This document shows, one piece after another, positions 46,947 through 48,823 of a stretch of DNA of 48,823 nucleotides. The position numbers and the translations under genes are program-made. The notes below the pieces were generated by a model, which was not told the DNA's origin, searched no databases, and worked only from the letters and a program-made list of their open reading frames with translations. The stretch covers positions 1 through 48,823 of the forward strand of contig CAYYAL010000001.1 in the NCBI GenBank assembly GCA_964469445.1, given 5' to 3'. How positions within the stretch are numbered: position 1 is the stretch's first letter; every line of letters begins with the position of its first letter. The stretch is from an uncultured Muribaculaceae bacterium. Lineage in GTDB: Bacteria; Cyanobacteriota; Vampirovibrionia; Gastranaerophilales; Gastranaerophilaceae.

Positions 46947-48329
46947 ATGATTAAAATAGGAACAGCATTATTTGAAGCATGCGAGCAACTTGAAAGAGAA
47001 AGAGGAATTTCAAAAGAAGTTTTGATACAATCTCTTTGCGATGCAATGGTTGCAGCTTACAAAAGACATATGGGCATTAAAGAAGCCGATAATATTGAAG
47101 GAATTCTTGATGAACAAACAACTGAAATCGGTGTTTTCAGAACAAAAGTTGTTGTAAAAAAAGTTCAAGAAGATTTGGAAGATGAACAAATTTCACTTGC
47201 AGAAGCAAAAGAAATTGATGATGAAGTCGAATTGGAAGACGAAGTCAAAATAGACGTTACTCCTGAAAATTTGGGAAGAATTGCAGCTCAAGCCGCTAAA
47301 CAATTTATGACTCAAAGAATCAGAGAAGCTGAAAGAAATATGATTTTAAACGAATTTCTTGAAAAGAAAGGAACTCTTACAACAGGGATTATCCAAAGAG
47401 TTGAAAATAGAAATGTTATCGTAAATATCGGAAAAACTGATGCAATAATGCCTCAAAAAGAACAAATTCCGGGAGAATTTTACAAACCGGGAAACAGAAT
47501 TCGTGTATTTGTTTTGAATGTAAAAGAAACACCAAGAGCTCCTCAAGTATTGGTTTCACATGCTCATTCCGAAATCGTCAGAGAACTTTTTGAATTAGAA
47601 GTTCCTGAAATTGAAGACGGAATTGTTGAAATAAAATCTATCGCCAGAGAAGCCGGTTACAGAACAAAACTTGCAGTTTGGTCAAACGATGCCGATGTAG
47701 ATTCCGTCGGTGCTTGTATCGGTTCAAGAGGTAGCAGAATTCAAACAATCGTCTCTGAATTAAAAAATGAAAAAATTGATATCGTAAGATATTCAGAAGA
47801 CCCTGTTGAATACATTGTAAACGCATTGTTACCAGCAAAAGTAGATTCTGTCTATATATTAGCTAATGATGAAGAATCAAGAGAAGCTCTTGTCGTCGTC
47901 GGAGATGACCAATTGTCACTTGCAATCGGTCGTGAAGGTCAAAATGTAAGACTTGCTCATAAACTTACTGGCTGGAAAATCGATATTAAATCTTTCTCTC
48001 AAATGCAAGAAATTGAAAGAAATAGAGCTGAAGCTTTAGCTAATCAAGAACAAGAAGTTGGAGAAACTGCAGAAGAACAAGCTTTAGAAAATGAAGTTGT
48101 GCAAGAAGAAGAAAAACCTAAAAAGAAATCAACTAAAAAAACTTCAAAAAAAGCTTCTGTTGAAGAAGAAACAGAATTCCCTGCTGAAGAAGTTGTTGAT
48201 GAATTAACTCAAGAAATTGAAGAAGAAATGAATCAACAAGTTTATGAAGCAGATGACGTTGATAATGAAAATTATGCAATCGCAGACAATGCTGAAACAG
48301 AAACAGAAACAGAAACTGTTGAAGAATAA
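46947..48329 (+). CDS. nusA: Transcription termination/antitermination factor NusA
   Basis: 460 aa with S1 and two KH domains ('GACIGSRGSRIQ', 'AIGREGQNVRLA') and a highly acidic C-terminal tail ending in ETETETE. Confidence 0.93.
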   Translation: MIKIGTALFEACEQLERERGISKEVLIQSLCDAMVAAYKRHMGIKEADNIEGILDEQTTEIGVFRTKVVVKKVQEDLEDEQISLAEAKEIDDEVELEDEVKIDVTPENLGRIAAQAAKQFMTQRIREAERNMILNEFLEKKGTLTTGIIQRVENRNVIVNIGKTDAIMPQKEQIPGEFYKPGNRIRVFVLNVKETPRAPQVLVSHAHSEIVRELFELEVPEIEDGIVEIKSIAREAGYRTKLAVWSNDADVDSVGACIGSRGSRIQTIVSELKNEKIDIVRYSEDPVEYIVNALLPAKVDSVYILANDEESREALVVVGDDQLSLAIGREGQNVRLAHKLTGWKIDIKSFSQMQEIERNRAEALANQEQEVGETAEEQALENEVVQEEEKPKKKSTKKTSKKASVEEETEFPAEEVVDELTQEIEEEMNQQVYEADDVDNENYAIADNAETETETETVEE

Positions 48330-48347
48330 TAAACTAATTCTTAGTTT

Positions 48348-48384
48348 AAGAAGGGCAAATAATTTTCAATTATTTGCCCTTCTT
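48348..48384. terminator. Bidirectional intrinsic terminator
   Basis: Perfect 17-bp stem AAGAAGGGCAAATAATT / AATTATTTGCCCTTCTT with loop TTC. It overlaps the last 5 codons of the convergent minus-strand ORF. Confidence 0.75.
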
Positions 48385-48822
48385 TTTAATTTGTTTTTCT
48401 AAAACCTCATCAAAAGAAACTATGGGAATTAACTTATAACCACATTCTTCCGTAACAATCCCGCCCATTTTAAAAAGTTCTTCCTGAGGATATCGTCGGC
48501 AAATTCCGGGTCTTTTATTATGAATTTTACATTTATGTGTTTCTTCATCGAGATTATTGCATTTAAAAAGCAAGCCTGTTTCATCTTTTCCGATTACATC
48601 TAAATAAGTGTAAAATTTATCTAATTTTTTTAATTTTTCAAATTCTTTTAAATCACTGATAACACCTTTTGCGTGTTTTACATAAATATTTTGACAACAA
48701 GCTCCGCAACACTTACATTCCCCAATACGATAATACTGTCGCCTTAAAATTTTTGTTAAAAAGAATTTTTTAAAACTTTTTACGCTTAAATTTTTCAATA
48801 GCTTCTTGCTTAGCCTTTTCAA
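48370..48822 (-). CDS. YkgJ-family (CxxCxxCC) cysteine-cluster protein, possibly 5'-truncated by the window end
   Basis: 150 codons. Contains 'CKCCGACCQN' and 'HKCKIHNKRPGICRRYP'. The first in-window codon is TTG at the window edge, so the true start may lie outside. Confidence 0.7.
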   Translation of the reverse strand: MKRLSKKLLKNLSVKSFKKFFLTKILRRQYYRIGECKCCGACCQNIYVKHAKGVISDLKEFEKLKKLDKFYTYLDVIGKDETGLLFKCNNLDEETHKCKIHNKRPGICRRYPQEELFKMGGIVTEECGYKLIPIVSFDEVLEKQIKKKGK

Positions 48823-48823
48823 T

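Noticed and set aside
1-48823. Search for tRNA, rRNA, tmRNA, RNase P, SRP RNA, transposases, integrases and cas genes
   Set aside because: I saw no T-loop or acceptor-stem patterns (GGTTCGAATCC-like), no conserved rRNA or RNase P blocks, and no ORF with DDE, tyrosine-recombinase or Cas motifs. The scan was visual only, so small RNAs could have been missed.

Overview
AT-rich (about 30% GC by eye), densely packed bacterial chromosomal segment with roughly 55 protein genes. I found no rRNA or tRNA genes, no transposase or integrase, and no CRISPR array. Most of it is housekeeping. It holds tuf (partial, absent from the supplied ORF track), gyrA, a DapL-like aminotransferase, ruvB, ftsY, nusB, deoB, folE2, a large AsmA/TamB-like protein, glyS and miaB. 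It also holds a K+-independent-type H+-pyrophosphatase, aroC-aroK-aroB, a 7-gene minus-strand cluster (WecB-type glycosyltransferase, split transketolase, ftsEX, HDOD, REC plus degenerate GGDEF), a stand-alone fusA, an alanine/cation symporter and rimP-nusA. The gene content suggests a diderm anaerobe. An EF-Tu '...[21 protein letters not shown]...' segment, a long 226-aa NusB, glyS separated from glyQ and a DapL-type aminotransferase are cyanobacterial-type traits. A non-photosynthetic relative of Cyanobacteria (Melainabacteria/Vampirovibrionia-like) is therefore a reasonable guess, but this is inference only. I see no convincing large novel multi-gene system. Five signals deserve a second look. 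(1) A GC-rich, GGA-motif-dense repeat/hairpin element sits in the 25.5 kb intergenic gap. (2) Three copies occur of a divergent mini-module pairing a small DNA-binding protein (XRE or AbrB-type) with a 44-53 aa helical ORF. (3) One GC-rich hairpin (GGCGGAGCC-NNN-GGCTCCGCC) is reused as a terminator at least five times. (4) An uncharacterised Cys/His protein and a tandem-repeat mini-protein are strung together with folE2. (5) A REC/degenerate-GGDEF plus HDOD pair is appended to ftsEX.
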